From: Acidobacteriota bacterium
GTDB lineage: Bacteria; Acidobacteriota; Thermoanaerobaculia; Gp7-AA8
Length of the DNA stretch: 64,000 bases
NCBI GenBank assembly: GCA_019244185.1
Contig: JAFATB010000006.1
Coordinates: 553,614 to 617,613 of the forward strand
Reading direction: 5' to 3'
Position 1 is the first letter of the stretch; the number at the start of each line of letters is the position of its first letter. The notes under the pieces were generated by a model that had not been told where the DNA came from, did not search any database, and saw only the letters and a program-made list of their open reading frames with translations. A program made the position numbers and the translations under genes. Of the stretch, positions 61,239 to 64,000 are shown piece after piece.

Positions 61239-61421
61239 CCGGTCCGACCGGCTGCGGTCGGCGCGGCCGACAGCGCTGAGGGCATAGCCTAGCTACACGT
61301 GCGGCTGCCCTCGAGTGCATTCGTCGTAGACGCGAGGCACGGCGGCATCCGCGCCTCGCGAACTCTTCAGGCAGCCGTACGCGCAGCCTGGCTATGCCCT
61401 TAGCGCAGCCGGCCGGGCCGG
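61239..61421. repeat. Long imperfect palindrome filling the gap between convergent genes
   Basis: ccggtccgaccggctgc / gcagccggccgggccgg; gctgagggcatagcc / ggctatgcccttagc; cggctgcc / ggcagccg. Confidence 0.75.
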
Positions 61422-61422
61422 C

Positions 61423-62082
61423 TCAGCCGCGCGTCGTGCGCCGGCGCACGCTGGGGGCCGTCATCGACGGTTCGCCGCCCATCACCGGACCGCTCCAGCG
61501 CATCGGCACCGTGTTCGTGTACACGACCTCGGTGTGCTCGAGCCAGATCGGGAACAACTCGTCCGCGCGCTTCGGGTCGTTCACCGCTTTCTGCGCGATC
61601 CCGACGAGCTCCGCGAACGGCTTCGTGTCGCCGAGGAAGCTGACCTTCAGCCGCAGTGCATTCGGAAAACGCGTGCGCGCGGCTTTGTCGGTCGGCGCCT
61701 GCGCGGCCATGTACGCGAGACGCGCCGACGTCGTGATCACTTTCTTCTCGCCCGGTCCGATGGCGATGAGGCGCGGCAGCAGCGTCGCTCCCGGCATCTC
61801 GGAACCGACGTTGACGGTGACAGTGTGCGTCTCGCGGTCGTACGTCGTCTCGGAGACGATGTCGGCGATCGCGATCGGCTCGCTGCGATGGTTCGTGATC
61901 TCGACGACGATCGGCACGGCGACGCCGGAGCGCATTTCATCCGAGCGGATCTCGGCGTCGACGCGCACCGCGTCCTCGGTACCGACCACGCGCCGCGGCT
62001 CCTTCATGTTCACCGGAGCCGTCGACGTACATCCGAGGGCGAGGAAGAGAGCTGCCACTGCGAAGCGGCGGAGAGTGTTCAC
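61423..62082 (-). CDS. Hypothetical lipoprotein
   Basis: LGC lipobox; paralog of the upstream gene. Confidence 0.7.
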   Translation of the reverse strand: MNTLRRFAVAALFLALGCTSTAPVNMKEPRRVVGTEDAVRVDAEIRSDEMRSGVAVPIVVEITNHRSEPIAIADIVSETTYDRETHTVTVNVGSEMPGATLLPRLIAIGPGEKKVITTSARLAYMAAQAPTDKAARTRFPNALRLKVSFLGDTKPFAELVGIAQKAVNDPKRADELFPIWLEHTEVVYTNTVPMRWSGPVMGGEPSMTAPSVRRRTTRG

Positions 62083-62123
62083 GAACGTATGGTACGCCGC
62101 TTCGCAGAGATGGGAGTGGGGCG

Positions 62124-62762
62124 CTACATTCCGCTCTGCGCGGCGTCCGCGCCGCTCATGCGCGCGCGCGGCGACCACTGCACGGGCAGCGCGTTGAGGT
62201 AGATCGTGTCGTTCGATTCGAGCCAGCGTTCGAAGAGCTCGTCGGGCAACGTCTGCGCGACGGCGGGCGCCTGCGCCTGTTTCTGAATCATCGCCAGGAA
62301 CGGCGTGAGGTCGCGCAGGATCGTCACCTTCACCTGCACGTAGCGCGGCACGCCGGCCATCGACGTGCGGATCGCGGCCGCGTTGAGCGCGACCATCGCC
62401 GCACCGCGCAGCACCTTCTTCTCGCCCGGCGCGATGAGCACCATGTGCGGCAGACGTCCCGACGGAATCTCGGAGCCGAGGGAGACGGTGATCGTGCCCG
62501 AGTCGGAGTCGTACGAGGCGTCGCTCACCTTGTCGGCGACGGCGACGGGGCTCGTGGTGAAGTTCTGGATCTGGTACGTGATGCCGATGGGCGCGCCGGG
62601 CGAGATCGAATCCTGCACGAGCTGCGCGTCGACGCGAACGTCGTCTTCACGTCCGAGGGCGCGGCGCGGGTCATCCATGTTGATGCTGGCGCCGTGCGCG
62701 GCGGCGGCGTGAAGGAGCACGATGGCGAAGAAGAGAAGGAAGAACAGCCTGGTCGATTTCAC
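62124..62762 (-). CDS. Hypothetical secreted protein, paralog of the downstream gene
   Basis: Shared motifs: NMxxPRRxxGxEDxVRVDA, GSExP, IxPGEKKV, DELFxxWLE. Confidence 0.75.
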   Translation of the reverse strand: MKSTRLFFLLFFAIVLLHAAAAHGASINMDDPRRALGREDDVRVDAQLVQDSISPGAPIGITYQIQNFTTSPVAVADKVSDASYDSDSGTITVSLGSEIPSGRLPHMVLIAPGEKKVLRGAAMVALNAAAIRTSMAGVPRYVQVKVTILRDLTPFLAMIQKQAQAPAVAQTLPDELFERWLESNDTIYLNALPVQWSPRARMSGADAAQSGM

Positions 62763-62871
62763 GCGACACCCCCGCAGATCTCACGGTCGCGTCGCGCGTT
62801 GGCCACGCGCCGTCGGGGGAGCCGGGGAGCGCGAAGCGTGCCAGATTATTTGCAGAGTGTGACAGCGGTCA

Positions 62872-64000
<1,129 letters not shown>

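Noticed and set aside
62828-62845. Sigma-54 promoter-like TGGCACG-N4-GCGC on the minus strand upstream of 62762
   Set aside because: The -12 element is poor (GCGC rather than TTGC); could be chance in GC-rich DNA

Overview
GC-rich bacterial chromosome segment; gene content and style suggest Acidobacteriota, possibly Thermoanaerobaculia (inference). Left to right: partial ppk1; a kdp potassium-uptake locus with split KdpD, a porin, two small membrane peptides and an APC permease, interrupted by a YefM-YoeB toxin-antitoxin pair and a 21-bp minisatellite; a CheB / CheB-CheR-PAS-kinase / NarL signalling block; a subtilase; a DUF4157 (eCIS-type) effector next to tRNA-Asn; pxpA and an MFS transporter. 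The highlight is a compositionally distinct island at about 28.0-35.9 kb that looks like an undescribed RiPP system. It has four 40-aa precursor genes absent from the ORF track, sharing an MIEEMExxVAP leader and falling into two core types (ending CGGA or LSS). It also encodes a fused RRE / M50-like peptidase / RRE / ThiF enzyme and a Yip1 + adaptor + MacB-type permease exporter with no ATPase. Long inverted repeats bracket each precursor cassette. The rest is mostly housekeeping: holA-like, dksA-like, rlmH, rsfS, nadD, obgE, rpmA, rplU, a TonB-dependent receptor, a sulfatase-TPR protein, a carboxyltransferase, a minimal TldD/PmbA-like pair, a Ser/Thr kinase, EF-G, a LexA-like repressor, a selenocysteine-containing selD, rsbW/rsbV-like genes and partial lepA. 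All family calls come from motif recognition, not database searches.
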